Made by a program: the position numbers and the translations under genes. 64,000 bases of DNA from Leucoraja erinacea (lineage: Eukaryota). The notes below the pieces were generated by a model. The model saw nothing but the letters and a program-made list of their open reading frames with translations. It made no database searches and was not told where the DNA came from. The DNA is taken from positions 28,396,001 through 28,460,000 of the forward strand of contig NC_073398.1 of the NCBI RefSeq assembly GCF_028641065.1, read 5' to 3'. Within the stretch, counting starts at the first letter, position 1. Each line of letters starts with the position of its first letter. Positions 24,031-38,556 of this stretch are shown here, in pieces.

Positions 24031-24689
24031 TACTATTTTATTCCCCTTTTCAAATCTGATTCTTTCTTCATAGATGCGGCCTGACCTACTGACAATTTCC
24101 AAGCAGTTTGCACCCCAGCGGTATGAACATTGACTTCTCTAATTTCAGGTAGTCCTTACTTTCTCCTCCCTTTCTCATCTCTCCCTCAGCCCTCTGGCTC
24201 CACCTCTTCCTTTTCCCCTCCCACCCTCACATCAGTCTGAAAAAAGATTTCGACCCGAAACGTTGCCTATTTCCTTAGCTCCACAGATGCTGCCTCACCC
24301 GCGGAGTTTCTCCAGCATTTTTGTCTATCTTCGATTTTCCAGCATCTGCAGTTCCTTCTTAGATAATCTTTACGTTTTACTTCCTTTCCCATCCCCCCAC
24401 CCACCATCGCAGGAAATTTCCTGTCTGATTCCCATTCTTTCCCACAGGATTCTCTTCCCGGCCAATCCCTTCCCATTTATGGTGGACACGCTGTTGTAAC
24501 TCAGCGGGACAGGCAGCATCTCTAGAGAGATGGAATGAGTGACGTTTTAGACTCTTCTCTCCATAGATGCTGCCTGTCCCGCTGAGTTACTCCAGAATTT
24601 TCCGTGTCTATCTTCGGTGTAAACCAGCATCTGCACCTCCTTTCCTGTACACACCTGTAACAGCTGAATGAGGTCGAAGTGGGGCAGGT

Positions 24690-25145
24690 TGTGGGACGTG
24701 CAGTGAGTGGCGGACAGTGATGGGCGTCGGCAAGGTTTTAACCAAAGATCTTTGGTTTTAACGGTAGGCATTGAATGGCAGGGGCGGATCAACGAGGTGT
24801 GGAGAGAGGAGAACCATTGGTGAAGAATCTGGACCGCAAGAAGCGGGCGGGACCATCACCGGCGCCTCCCCCTTCCAGGTTGGTGTTGGCCCCACAGCGC
24901 CGGCTCGCCAGTTTCACGTTAAGTTCAGGAGGAGGAGGGGAGGTGGCGCTGCCGCCGCTGCTCCATTCCACTGGCAGGTAATTGCCTCGCCGCGAAATTA
25001 CAGCCTCTCCAAACCCTCAGCCTTCTCTAATCCCCAGTGTAACCGGAGACGGAGTACGTGGTTTTAATCCGACTGATACAATTTTCGCAGCTCAGCCTCG
25101 TCTGATTGAGTGTGGACTTGAGACCCAGAGGGACATTCGCCGACC
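24690..25145 (+). promoter_or_regulatory. CpG-island promoter/5' UTR of TSPAN33
   Basis: CpG-rich; GC boxes ggggcgga about 24781 and gggcggga about 24845, directly upstream of the ATG. Confidence 0.65.
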
Positions 25146-25235
25146 ATGGCTCGCAGCCGCACTCTGGGGGAGGATTTCACCTTCGTCAACCCCGTGGTTA
25201 AATATTTACTATTTTTGTTCAACATGCTGTTCTGG
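25146..25235 (+). CDS. TSPAN33: Tetraspanin-33 coding exon 1
   Basis: accATGg; MARSRTLGEDFTFVNPVVKYLLFLFNMLFW; gtaagt donor. Confidence 0.93.
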
Positions 25236-27984
25236 GTAAGTAATTCCCTATCGTTATCTCTGGGTAATCGCGCCGTGGATGTGTTTTTGTTTCCCCCCTT
25301 GTACTGGAGGGCACCATATCTGGGTCTGCGTGCTCGGGTTTTTGAGCAGGCTGCGAGCTTGCAGCTTAGCAACCTGTCCGGCGCAGGCATGTCCACTGTC
25401 TCACTGAATCAATGAGTGAAAGGACAGAGGATAATCCTCTCTCACCATTCAACGTTGCCCGTTCAACCACCCGGGGCTTTCCTGACGACTGGAGGGGTTT
25501 CTGAACATTGGAGCTTCCCCCTGCGATGCGTCGGGAAATTGTGGACAATTCTTGTAAAGTTGATGACAAACCCGGGTGGAATTTTCACAACATTTCGGAG
25601 AAAATGTCACTTCCTCCTCCCTTTCCCCAGTCAGTATTTTGTTGTTTTCAAAGATGCGTGTGCCTCAATCCACGTCCAATCCCGACCTTGCCCTGCATTA
25701 CATTGAACGCTCAGCTCGCCTGGAATAACGGAGTCGCAAGATACTGGCATCTTGTGCAAGACAGAATATATATATACTCAAGGAATTCAGTGGCTCGGAT
25801 ACCATCTGTGGATGGAATGGACCTGAAATGCCATCTGCCCATCACCTCCACAGTTGCTGCCTGACCCGCTGAGTTCCTCCACCACTTTGCTTTTTGCTCT
25901 AACTTCCCCCTGTAACTTTTTACTAACCAGTCAGTAGACCCCGGCCACAATCTATCATCCTGGTCTTGTTTTTGTTGACATTTGACTACCCGCAAATCAA
26001 CAAAGACTTTACAAGGACCTGTTTACAGTACATTCGTTGTATTAGTGAGGGAAACGCAGCAGCTATTTTGCATAGAGCAATACGATAATGGCCGATGCTG
26101 CCTGCGTTGTAATAATGTTGGTTGAGAAGATGGGGGAAGAAGTCCTTGGTTTGTTCAAGATACTCGCATCTTTGAATCGTTTCTAGAGGGTAGAAGGCCC
26201 TCGGTTAAATGTGCTGCCTGGAGGTGGCTCCTCTGGCAGAGAGGCATCCCCTCAGGACTACACTGTCAGCCAGCCTTTAACCAGTGCTCAAAAACAACAA
26301 CAACCCCGCGCTGAGTTCCACCAGCAGTGTCTATTGTGCTTCAGTTTCCAGCGTCTTCATGCGTATTTGTCTCCATTCTGTGTCCAAGCCTCTTGTAAGT
26401 AAGGCTAAAGTGCTGCCCACCAGCGGAGTCGAGGAAACACTTTTTCTCACAGAGAGTGGTGAGTCGGTGGAATTCTCTGCCTCAGAGGCCGGTTCTCTGG
26501 ATACTTTCAAGAGAGAGCTAGATAGGGCTCTTAAAGATAACGGAGTCGGGGGATATGGGGAGGAGGCAGGAACGGGATACTGATTGGTGATGATCAGCCA
26601 TGATCACATTGAATGGTGGTGCTGGCTCGAAGGGCCGAATGGCCTACTCTTGCACCTATTGTCTATTGACCTTGGGCTGCACTTTTATAAGATGCCTTGT
26701 CCCTGATATTGGCCGAGTCCTGTTTCTAACAAGTGATGATGTGACACCAACCGGCAGAGACTGTTGCCTGCTTTCTTTTGCCTTCTTTGTGGATGAATTG
26801 TTGGTGAATTCCATTCAGTCCATGATATTTGACCACTGCCACGTACACAGTGAGTCTCTGCGATGCATGCTGAGATATTTTCACTACCATGGGTCAGCAG
26901 TCGATTCCCATGCACCATAATCTATTCAGCATCAAGCAAGCCCTTGCTCTGCACATCCGTGTCTAGCTACTTGCTGACTTCATCCACTGACGCAGGGTCA
27001 GCGTCCACACTTAAAGTGAAGTCACCCATTTATACCCAGGGTACACAAAAATGCTGGAGAAACTCAGCGGGTGCAGCAGCATCTATGGAGCGAAGGAAAT
27101 GGGCAACGTTTCGGGCCGAAACCCTTCTTCAGACTGATATATACACCTCTTGTGCACCCTACACCCTCTGTGGCTTCAGACCGCTGGGTCTGCTATGTTG
27201 GTCTGGATGGCCTGGTTTCCTGCAGCAGGACATTGGGAAGAAGGCAGATTGAAACATTGCTCACTGCTGCAACCTCTGCACGCATGGCATCAGGTTCATT
27301 GCAGTTATCACCTGGCAACAGGATTGCTGGAAGATGACCAGATATTTTCTGGTCTTTGGCCCTTCAGCAGCTTCTATAAACCTTTCAACTCAGAGGGTCT
27401 GGCTCTTGGTGGAACCAGACCCTCTGAGCTTCAATCCCCATATTCCACAGCGCACTGACCCACTGCTTCCATCTCTGAGGTTCTGTCACTGCCTCGAGTC
27501 ACCAGTGAACAGCTCACCCAGCCCTCTAACACCACAAAGGATGGCCAGGGTCAACAACCTCCTGCCTGAAAGGGAGGATGAGACTAAAACCTTTTATCTC
27601 TGGATTCTCTATCATTGCTGCTCTAGCCCCTTTTATCGCCTTAAATCTTGGTTGCAAGCCTATTAATATCCATATGTACAGCAATATTTTGGAAACAATA
27701 TTTAATTGCAGCTACTGAAATAACTTTATGGATAAATGCAACAAAGTACAATTGAACCAACAGTCCAATTGGTCGTAGCATGTTTGGGAAGTTTCAATGG
27801 ATGTTGAGAAAAGCCTGGGCTATATCTGCAGATATTCATGGTCAGATATTCGGGGTTGTTATGTTGGCAAAACAAATTGTGACATTTGTCATATTAAAAT
27901 CAGGAATGCTTAATTAAGTTTAGTTTGTATTGCAACATTGTGATTGAGAAGATTAGCTACATTTATAATTTGTTGAGGGAGACA

Positions 27985-28160
27985 CAGGTGAGGGATCCAT
28001 CTACAACAGCAGGGGTGGAAACCATGTTTACTAAAGAAAGAAGATATCGCAGACATCCAGGAATAGAAAGCCTTATCTTGGGAATCCATGCGGTGGAGAT
28101 GAAGAAATTGAGAGCAGGGGACAACGCCCTTGCAAGAAGCAGGGCGAGAAGAAGTCATTT
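27985..28160 (-). mobile_element. Penelope-like element internal fragment
   Basis: Minus strand reads CKGVVPCSQFLHLHR..SQDKAF..SSFFSKHGF, resembling the PLE post-RT motif IPxSQFLRLRRICS...FxxRGF. Confidence 0.6.
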
Positions 28161-30161
28161 CTTGTTGAAATATAAATAGGTCGTGTGTGTGTGTCTCGGA
28201 GTGTGATCAATAAAACATGTTTGGCCAGAAGTTTTTACCCTGTTTTTTTGCAGTGCAAAACAACAACAGTGAGCAGAACCTACGGATGCTGCAGGATATT
28301 AAGGAAGTGAACAGGAGAGTGGAATCAGACTAGATGAGGTGTTGAAAATGATAGCAGGAGAGACTGCATAGTCTGCACAGTAAAATAACAGCATGGCCTT
28401 GATATACAGAATGTTCTTTGTCAGTCCTGAACCATTTTTTTGATTCCAAGTTTCAGCTTGTTTGTGACAATTTTTCCCAGGCCATGGCACATGTTCAAGT
28501 GTGTGGCTTCTGATTGAGGAAATACAACCAGCATTGAATGTTTCAGTTCTGTATCAGACTCGGCCACATTGAGAACAAGAGGTTTTGGCTTAAAACTACC
28601 TTATTTGGCCTTGGCGTGTTGTTCATGGCCAGGCTTCTGGGCTCAGTGAAGGGAGGGCATTTTGTTACAGTTCAGCGTAGACCTTGTGCATGGGCAATGC
28701 TGAGCTCTGCGCATATTCACGGTGTTGTACCCCATTGTATTAAATGGTTGGAACTTGGAAACTCCATGAGCGTTGCTGCACGAGTCATAGCTCGGGATGT
28801 TAGCTTTGGAATGAGAGAATTTTTAATTATCTTCAAAGGGTGATCTAACTGCGAGCCTAGCAACGTCCTGGGGACTGGGACACTTCACTTCCCACCACCA
28901 GCTACAGGCAGCCATTAACTGGATCCACAGACTACAAAGTCACGTGACCTCTGTGCTTCGCAGGGCAATGATTTTGAGATGCTCACCTTGCCAGGACATG
29001 ACAAAATAAACACGCCCTGTGAGCAAGAGCTGTACTTTAGACTTTAGAGATGCAGCATGCAATCAGGCTCTCTGGCTCACCAAGTTTGCTCTGACCAGCG
29101 ATCACCCTAGCTAGCACTGTCCTGAACACTTTACAATTTCAGAAGCCAATTAACCTACAAACCTGTATGTCTTTGGAGTGTGGGAGGAAACAGGAGCACC
29201 TGGAGAAAACCTACACAGTCACAGGGAGAACGTCCAAACTCAATACAGACAGCGTCTGTAGTCGGGATTGAACCCAGATCCCTGGCAATGTAAGGCTTTA
29301 CTGCTGCGTCACTGCTAGCAGCATCTATGTGGCATCCTCGCTCCTCTCACTGAGTTAACTTATGGTGATTTAATTAAGTGTTTCAGGAGCTCCATTCCAC
29401 CGATCATGGATGAAACATAGTTTAGGGAAGAACTGGAATAGTAGCTCATCACTAAGGTTACGGCGTTTTCAGACGAGAGATGGATTATAAAATGATAGAT
29501 GGTTATGGTAAAAGGATAATGAAAGGCCTAGATAGAGTGGATGTAGAAAGGATGTTTCTAGCAATGGGGGAGGTTAGAACCAGTGGGTACCGCCTCAGAT
29601 TAAAAGGACGTACCTTTGGAATGGAAATGAGGGGGAATTTCTTTAGCCAGACATTAGATTAGTATGGGTGTCAAAGGTTATGGAGAGAAGGCAGGAGAAT
29701 GACGTTGAGAGCCGTGATCGAATGGTGGAGTAGACTCGATGGGCTGAATGGCCTAATTGTATTTGCCCATGTGGTGCTGTCTTCAGGCATTTAAAAATTA
29801 GGCATCAGCTTTAAGGCACTGGAGAAACTCGTGGGTCATGAAACTTGTTACCAAAATGCTATTTTATTTCCAGCTCATGTAACCAGTGTGTCTTTTTTTC
29901 CCCTCCCTGTCGGAAACAGTAAATGCCTGATTCCAGCTGCAAACCTCCTCAACGTCAGGCTTGTAATATTTCCCATTGTTTCACAACAATGCTGTCTGTT
30001 CTTCTCTTGGACTTGACGTCAAATGTCTCAACCCACTGGCTGTGAGCAATGAGAGAGATGCAGGCTACCTGCTAACTTGAGCTTTGTCGTTTGGGAAGGA
30101 GGGAAGCGGTGAAACAAATATAACCAGAGAAGAGAAAACATTTTTGCCACTTTATTTTTCC

Positions 30162-30307
30162 NNNNNNNNNNNNNNNNNNNNNNNNNNNNNNNNNNNNNNN
30201 NNNNNNNNNNNNNNNNNNNNNNNNNNNNNNNNNNNNNNNNNNNNNNNNNNNNNNNNNNNNNNNNNNNNNNNNNNNNNNNNNNNNNNNNNNNNNNNNNNNN
30301 NNNNNNN
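30162..30307. other. Assembly gap (146 N)
   Basis: Run of n. Confidence 1.
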
Positions 30308-33300
30308 TCGGGCTTGGAGTGTGCACACTGGAATGACATCGGGGATGGAGAGAGTTAAGAGGTTAGCTTGCATAGACTTGGCTCGTAGTTCCTGTGAAAC
30401 TGGTTGAGATGTTTAAGTTTCTCTTTAACTATTTCTTCAGATGGCTGAGTTCCTGTGTAAGGGGATGGAGTGCTGATTGTTCAGGTGTGCTGTACGAGAG
30501 CTCTCTTCCCCAAAGCGACCACTTTGAAATTCTGAAAGCCTTTTCTGTGATAAAATGATTACGACAGGTGGTTAATTGGTAAATGCAATGTTGCAGTAGA
30601 TCGACTTTTACTAGACAAGGGTATGGGACAAAGGCAAGGGTAGTGAGAGTTTGTATGTTGATGATGAGCTGATTGAATGGATGAGCAATTTCATGCAGTT
30701 CAATTACTTTCGTTTTCAGCTTCATTCTCATTGTCCAATACAGGTAATTTAAGTGTGCATTAAAAATCATTGTTGTATAACGGCTATTATTACCTGCATC
30801 AGCTTTAGCACTGGTGTGCCCACTGCCTCACTGTGCCTGAGACCTGGGTTTGATCCTGGAGTGGGGGGGTTCCCCTTTGGGCTGTTTCCCCTTTAATGAA
30901 TGCTCTCCACAGGTTTGTTCCTGGAAGAGAGATCATGATCTCCATTGCACTATGTTCCATTACTATTAGCCATTACATTTATAGGAAATGTTTGGAGTAT
31001 GTTGTGTCGTGGACTTCTGTGTTTGTGCTTTTTTTTTAAAATATGTTTTATTTGTTATTTATTTTAATGTTCCTTGACCGTAAGGAAAATTCATTTTGTC
31101 TTTTATGAGATAATGACAATAAATTGAATCCAATCCAATATTGTCCAGGCACAGACAATTGGGAGTCTGAAGAAGGGTCTCGACCTGAAACGTCGCCCAT
31201 TCCTTCTCTCCAGAGAAGCTGCCTGTCCCGCTGAGCTTTCTCCAGCATTTTATGTCATTAAGTTTGGCCAAAGGGCCTGTTTTTATGCTGTATAGCTCTA
31301 CGACTACCCCACACCCCACTCCTCCCCCCTCCCCCCAACCTAATGTGCATTGTCCCAGGGTTGCTCTGGGTTATGTTGGATAGATCAGGTTAAATCCTGT
31401 CGCTGGAGAGTTGGAATAGCAGCTAACATTTATCCTTGCCATCTTCACCTTAAATCTCCACAAGACAAAGTGGGGACTTCCTCTGGAAGAAGCAGGATAC
31501 TGAAGTATGGGATGTCTCTTCAGATGTGTTTGGGGGAATTTGTGAAGGAGCATATTCCTTATTATGGCAATCCTGATGAGCTGCCAGCCTGCCTAATGTT
31601 GGTGTCTATGTCAAAGCACGGCTCGTTCCTCCACGTGCTACACATGGCTACCTCATTTCGGCACAGTAGAGACTAGCAAGGAAGTCCTTTAACCTTACAA
31701 CTTTAATCCCTTGGGTATTCCAGTGAAGGTGGGAGGTGAACCTAACTGACCTTTGAATCTGCTGAGCTGTGAATCTTCAATCTTGGTGACTGATGTCCCA
31801 ATGTGTTCCTGATCTTTCTCCCCGGATCCCCATCATCCCACATGTGTGATATTGCTGAAAATTCACCACCATGCTGGACCATATTCATCGTAGGGTGTAG
31901 AAGGATCCCACCGCTGTTAAGGCAGCACTGGCACAGCTGGTAGAGCTGCTGCCTTACAGTGTTCCAGGCTCGTGTTCGATCCTGACCCCGGGTGCTGCCC
32001 GTGTCGATGCATGTTCTCCCTGTGAACACGAGGGTTTTCTCCGGGTGCTGCGGTTTTTCCCACATCCCAAAGACGTGCGGGTTGTAGGTTCATTGGCCTC
32101 TGTCAATTGTCATTGGTGAGCAGGTAGCGGGTGAGACAGTGGTTTAACATAGAACTAGTGTGAAGAGGTGATCAATATTTGGCGTTGACTTGCTGGGCCC
32201 AAGGACCTGCTGCTATGCTGTATCTTTAAACTGTTCTACACTGTATACACAGTCTGCTGTTGGGGGTGAAAGTAAGTCGGTCTGTTGTATTGATTGTAGG
32301 AAGCATTGAGTACGGATACGGAAAATAGAGTAGGAAACGTATTCAAGATACTGGTAAGAAACTTGAGGTACTTTTACTTCTGTGTGTTGTGATATTCAGG
32401 CTTTCTCTTGATTCAAACTCTGCAGTAGATGGGTGTATTGTGAGTTGGAGCTTGGCCTCTGATTTCATGCACAGTATGTTTGGCAGCAGCTTCATTAGTT
32501 GCACGGGCTGCTGATGTGTTGGGAATAAGAAACAGTGGAGACTCCGACTGCCGGCCAGTGTCACAGGGCTGGCTGCGTGTGGAATGGGAGGGTGATGGTT
32601 TCTGGGGGCAACTGCACTCTTTATTAAAGAATGAAACTTTTTTTTGTTGATTACCAGTGCATGAAGGTTGAAAGATTGAGAAGGGAATCAATGCAGGGAG
32701 GCCTTGCAGCCTAGGGCTAAGGATGGTAGGAGAATGCAGGGGAAATGCTTCATAAGCAGGTCCTCCCACGCTAACTCTGCAAGCTTATTTAATCCAACCA
32801 GTCTGCATTTGTTTCAAGTTACCTTGCTCCTCCAGAGTTTGGGGAAGGGTTTGCTGACCAGCGGGATTCCAAATTCTAATGAGACCGAAGATGGAGATGT
32901 CAAACTGGATGCTCAGTGTCGAGTCAGTAAGGCTGTGCTCTTGTCTCCAACTTAGAGGGTTGTCTGCCATGTCCCACTCCAGATCTCGTAGACCACCCGC
33001 AGACCACAGCTCTGATTGCACTGGTGAATGTTGGAGTGTTGAAGCGAGGTGCAGACTATTTAGGTAAAGGGCAATATCTTGACAAGAAGGGCTGGGTAAT
33101 CTTAATCAATCAATGCAATCTTTTAAGAACAGATTTGGGTCATTCCAGCCTGTCCCAGGTAACGAATGGGTTCCATTTTTACAAAGGTCCACAAGTTAAT
33201 TTTCGTCCATAAGTTGAATAGCAAGATGAAAATCACTCAATATGGGACCTGCACCTCCATGTTTTGTAGTGAATGAGTTCAAAATCATACAAGACTGAAA

Positions 33301-33839
33301 AATGGCAATTGCTAGCAATGGAGAGAGAAAGAGGGGTGACTAGTTCTGCCCTCCTTTGGAATGAATGCATGTGTGCACATTGGATATCAAGTCTAATAAC
33401 AATATGGGAGCTCATTTGTATGTTGGGGTGTACCTGGGCAGGGAGTACTTAACCCAGGGGGACGGTCTGTACAACATTATTCTGTGGGATCATGCTGTGC
33501 ACAAGCTATTATGGTAATAGCCTTTCAAAGGCCACTCTTCTTTGTCAGGCACTCGTGCCTGAGGTCCTGAGAACAAGACGTCAATGCTGGTCTTGCTCTT
33601 GGGTGCTTCCACAGTCTTTTTTCACCCAGTTCCCTTGTTTGAACTAAATACTGATTTATCGGAAGGTTTTGAATGTCAGGACAGGACAGGCTTGTACTCA
33701 GCTGAAACTTTGGGAATCCCAGGAATTTTCTTTAAGCATGTGTAAACATGCCGGACCTGGAGATCACAGCCGGTGGCCTTGTATTAACTGTTGAACCACA
33801 AGCCTCCTCTACAGGGATCTCCCTGGCGATATCAGCTTT

Positions 33840-34215
33840 GAATTGATTCAATTGATTGAATAACCTTTAATAATCCTTTACAGGAAATTACAGTGCCACA
33901 ACAGCTTCAAGACAGACATAACACCACACATTTCCACAGATATCTTCAATACTTAATAAGTTAAAATGTTTGTGCATTATAAAACCTTATAGCAGCTGGT
34001 ATACAAGACTTCCTATGTCTCTCCGTTTTGCACATTGGTGCAATCAGTCTCTGACTGAAGATGCTGCACTTGATCACCTTCAGGGCGTGGAGTGGGTGAG
34101 TGGGGTTGGTCATTATTGAGCCTAGTTTGTTCAGAGCTCTGGCCTCTGCCACCTGCTGGACCATTAGTTGCTCAGCCCCAACCACTGAGCCGGCCTTCCT
34201 GATCAGCTTGTCCAG
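33840..34215 (-). mobile_element. Rex1/Babar-like LINE 3' end
   Basis: IMTNPTHPLH...RLIAPMCKTERHRKSCIPAAIRFYN. Confidence 0.7.
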
Positions 34216-37200
34216 CTATGAACAAACCCAATAGCAATAGTGGTTCAGGAGACAGAACTGCCTCCTACTTTGTGGAAATACACATTGCAAGAACAGGGCG
34301 GCACAGTGGCACAGCTGGTAGAGCGGCTGCCACAGACCACTGGAGACCCGGGTTCAATCCTGACCTTGGTTGCTGTCTGTGTGGAGTTTGCACATTTTAT
34401 CTGTGACCACATAGGCTTTATTTCCGAGTGCTCCGGTTTCCTCTCACATCCCAAAGATGTGCAGGTTTTGTAGGTAGTGTGAGACGGTGAGATAACATAG
34501 AACTAATGTAAATGGGTGATCAATGGCCAGCATGGGCTTGGTAGACGGTAGGGCTGTATCTCGAAACTAAACTAAGTTCTGTGAGTTATGGGTGGCACAG
34601 TGGCGCAGCAGTAGAGCCACTGCCTTACAGCGCCAGAGACCCGCGTTCGATCCTGTCTATGGCTGCTGTCTGTGTGGAGCTTGCATGTTCTCCCCGTGAC
34701 CACGTGGGAATTCCCCAGGTGCTCCGGTTTCCTCCCACACTCCAAGGACGTACAGGCTTGAACGTTAATTGGCTTTGGTAAAAATTGTAAGTTGTCCCCT
34801 ATGTGTCGGATAGCGCTAGTGTACAGGGATCGCTGGCACGGACTCAGTGGGTCAACTGGCCTGGAGAAGGGTCTTGACCCGAAACGTCACCCATTCCTTC
34901 TCTACCTGTCCTGCTGAGTTACTCCAGCTACTTGTGTCTCTCTTCTGTGTCAACCATCATTTGCAGTTCCTTCCTACAAACCTCAACTGGCCTGTTTCCT
35001 CGCTGTATCTCTGATATGAATGAAACTAATTTAGTGGGTTTACAAACTGGGAAAATGTTAGTTCTAACGGATTGCCTGCACCATGTGGGGGTGGCCAGTT
35101 CCCCCAATGCTGGGAGTTATTGCTGGGGAGACTCTCAACAGCATTAAGGGAGTGGCCATCTCTCCCACTATTGGGAAGAGATTTCTTGGGAAGTGAGGCA
35201 ATGTCGATTCTGGGAGATGTCTCTTCATGACGTCTCTCACAACATAACATTTCCGTAGTGTTGACAGCAAGGGATTTTATTTGTGCCCCTCAAATTAAAG
35301 GAGGACAGTTATCTGGGTACACTCCCTGCTCTCCCCAGCCAGTGTCTGCTCGACAGTTGCAACACAATCTTAATCCACACTACTGCATCACGTGCCAACG
35401 TTGTCCTTAATCTTTGTGTTTCAGTGAAACAAAACATTTAGAGGCTTTTTTCCCCCAAAATGGTTAGGATTGTGTTACTGCAATCCGCAACTGGTCCCTG
35501 TCAGCCCAAATATAATCCATCGGACTGGTACATATGGCTCGCTGGCAGCTGGCCAGAGATGGGGGAGGTGAGCGGTTTGTATTGTAGTTGTTGCTGGTCC
35601 TGACAAGGTCCCGCACCAAGTTGGAACGAGGCAGTTTAATGACTGACTCGGTCCTTGAGAGAGTGCGTTAGTTCCCCCATTGGGACTGGAACTGATGGTT
35701 TGCCAGTGACAGGATTGTTTCTCATGATGTTGGAGTGATGAACGGCCAGCAAGTGGTGGGGCCAGGTATCTCTCAGCATAGAATTGCACAGATCTTCAAC
35801 CTGGCCACACGGTCTTGGAATCTCCCAGTCTCACAGAAAAACAGGTCTAATCAGGCTTGACGTTTGTGGTTTTTCCATCAAGGCAATCACTGATTCTGTT
35901 CTCTCCAGAGATGCTGCCTGTCCCGCTGAGTTGCTCCAGCATTTTGTGTCTATCCGGTTTAAACCAGCATCTACAGTTCATTCATACACTAGTTGCAGTT
36001 TCCATCTGAATATCCTGTGAATCCCAGGTGCATAACAAGTGGGTTTTTTAATTCAACATGCCAGGACTTTTATCAAATAAAGTTTGCTTTTTGAACTGGA
36101 GAAGATATGGGAAGAATGGTGGTTTTAATTTGATTTAAAAAACCAAATTTAAGCACCATTGCATCGCTAATGTTTTCAACGGTTTACTAAATAATAATAA
36201 TAATAAAAGAATAATAATAATAAATTGATGAGAGAATGGTTGTGAAATTCACAGCAAAATATTGCAGATACCAAAAATCCAAGATTGTCAAAACATTCTG
36301 GACATTAAGATTCTGCACAGATACCCCTTGACATGCTGAGTATTTTTAGTGTTTTCTATTATATTGAATCTGGTCGAGGGTTTTAGGAAGGGAATTCCAT
36401 ATAATGAGGCTTTGGTAGAGTTGCCAAAGATGAAATAATTAAAATGGGATATCCAGTGATTGGAAATGGAGGAGCACAAATGCCTCTTGGATAATGTTGC
36501 AAAGAAAGAAAGCATAAGCTGATTAAATGATTCATTAACATTCAAGGGCGATGCAATGGCGAGGCGGGAGAGTTGCTGCCTTACAGCGCCAGAGACCCAG
36601 GTTCAATCCCGACCACGGGTGCTGTCTGTATCAAGTTTGTACATTCGCTCTGTGACCTGTGCGAGTTTTCCCCGACATCTTTGGTTTCCTCCCACACTCC
36701 AACGATGTACAGGTTTGTAGGTTCATTGGCTTGGTATAAATGCAAAATTGTTCCCAGTACGTGCAGAGTAGTGTTGATGTGTGGGGATCGCCGGTTGGTG
36801 CGGACTGGATGGGCCGAAGGGCCTGTTTCCTCACTGTATCTCTAAACTAAACGAGGCAGGTTTGTGCGTGCAGAGGTGGTGCGTGAATGGGATGATGTGA
36901 GATGGGACAGTCCAGTATAGTTTTGATGGCTTCACATTTACAGTTTGTAGGGTGGGGTGTGTTGGAGTAAAATGTCTTGACTTACTAGTCTTTGGTGAGG
37001 GATATGAGCAGTAGATGTACTGAGGCTGTGAATGTTCAATGTGGAACTCTGCGATCCTGCAGACATGTGACGGGCAGCTCACCTTGGGCTCAAGTCTGGC
37101 CTAAAAGGGTGCAATGGGGACCGGGGAGAATGGATCAGACGTGTGTGCATTGGAGCAAGTTGCTGGCTGTCGTGACACTTTAAGGTGGTGGAGGGATGAG

Positions 37201-38181
37201 GAGAGGCTTTATGTCAGTGTATGCGTGGAAACTGCTCTTTGTAGCATTACCAGGGAAATACGAGGGGGCAAGTCTAGATCCTTTGGGTGATCGACCTGAG
37301 TAATTAAGGTGGCAGCGCTCGGTACTGGTCAGCATATACTGCTCAGCTACAAGAGTGACAAAGCAACACCCAGAATACGTTTCCTGTCAATTCATCTCAT
37401 TGTTGCTTTGTTTGTAAATTTGTGGTTGTCTTCCCCCATTCCAGTACTCTCAACATGCAGCATCTGTGGAGAAGGAAATCCTCAAAAATGTCCAGTCTGC
37501 AACCTTTCATTAGAAACATGTTCTACATTGGGAGGTGCTGGCTATTGTTAATGTTCCCACTGCCGAATCATTTATCAACAATGCCCGGATGTGAGTTTTT
37601 GAGCATTATGTCTTCTCCGAAGCAGGTGGATAATATGTTGAAGAAAATTCCAGTGGCTAAACCAGACTTCGGAGATCCCATCCAAATAAATCCCAGTCGC
37701 TAGGATTTTCCTTTGATTCCACCCAGCTCTGTACACCTGTTGCTCCTTCTGATGTTAATATGGGAAATGTGTTCCCTTGGCCGACTCAACATGTTGTTAC
37801 TGAGACTGATCCATTCCTCCAGGTTTCACCAGCACTCGTGCTGCTAAAGTCTATGTGATACGTGGTCCAGTATTAATGTTCAATGGAAATGGAGATGGCA
37901 CATCAAGGGAAGTAGCTGTAACATCCAGGTTCAGGAACACCTTCTTCCCAACAACCATGAACTCCAACTGAAGAAGGGTCTCGGACTGAAAAATCACCAT
38001 TTCCTTTTCTCCAGAAATGCTGCCTGACCCGCTGAGTCAGTCCAGGATTCTGTGTCTATCTCCTACTAAACTCCGAACTACAAACTGCCTGGGTTGCTCG
38101 AGGGATGGGGCTTTGTTTTGTTTTGACCTACGGTTTAATTTTTCTGTCTAACCGTGACCATGTTTGTATTTCTTTTTCCAG

Positions 38182-38239
38182 AGCATCTCTTTGGTGATGG
38201 TTGGCATTGGTGTGTACGCCAGGGTCATGAAGCATGCTG
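38182..38239 (+). CDS. TSPAN33: Tetraspanin-33 exon 2
   Basis: ttccag/gtgagt; SISLVMVGIGVYARVMKHA; 58 nt. Confidence 0.93.
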
Positions 38240-38556
38240 GTGAGTGGCAGCAAATTATTGCCATTGTCCAGTTGCCTGTGGGCTCTGGTACAGGGATGAC
38301 ATGGAGAATCTGGGGAGTGGGACGTGTTTGGTCAAGGATATTGGGGGTGCGGTGAAATGAAGGGATTTCATGGGTTTACGAGGTAGAGAATGATACGTGG
38401 TGACTGGATGGCAGAGCGGAGGAGGAGTAATGGGATGTAGTTGTCGAAGAGGGTCAATTTGGAGGGAATGGGGTTTGGTCTGGTGGGGGGGGGAATGGTG
38501 CCCGAGGGGCAGTTGAAAGGGGGATGGGCAGATGACGGGTGCACCATGTTTTGCAG

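Noticed and set aside
30028-30407. ORFs spanning the N run
   Set aside because: Artefacts of the assembly gap
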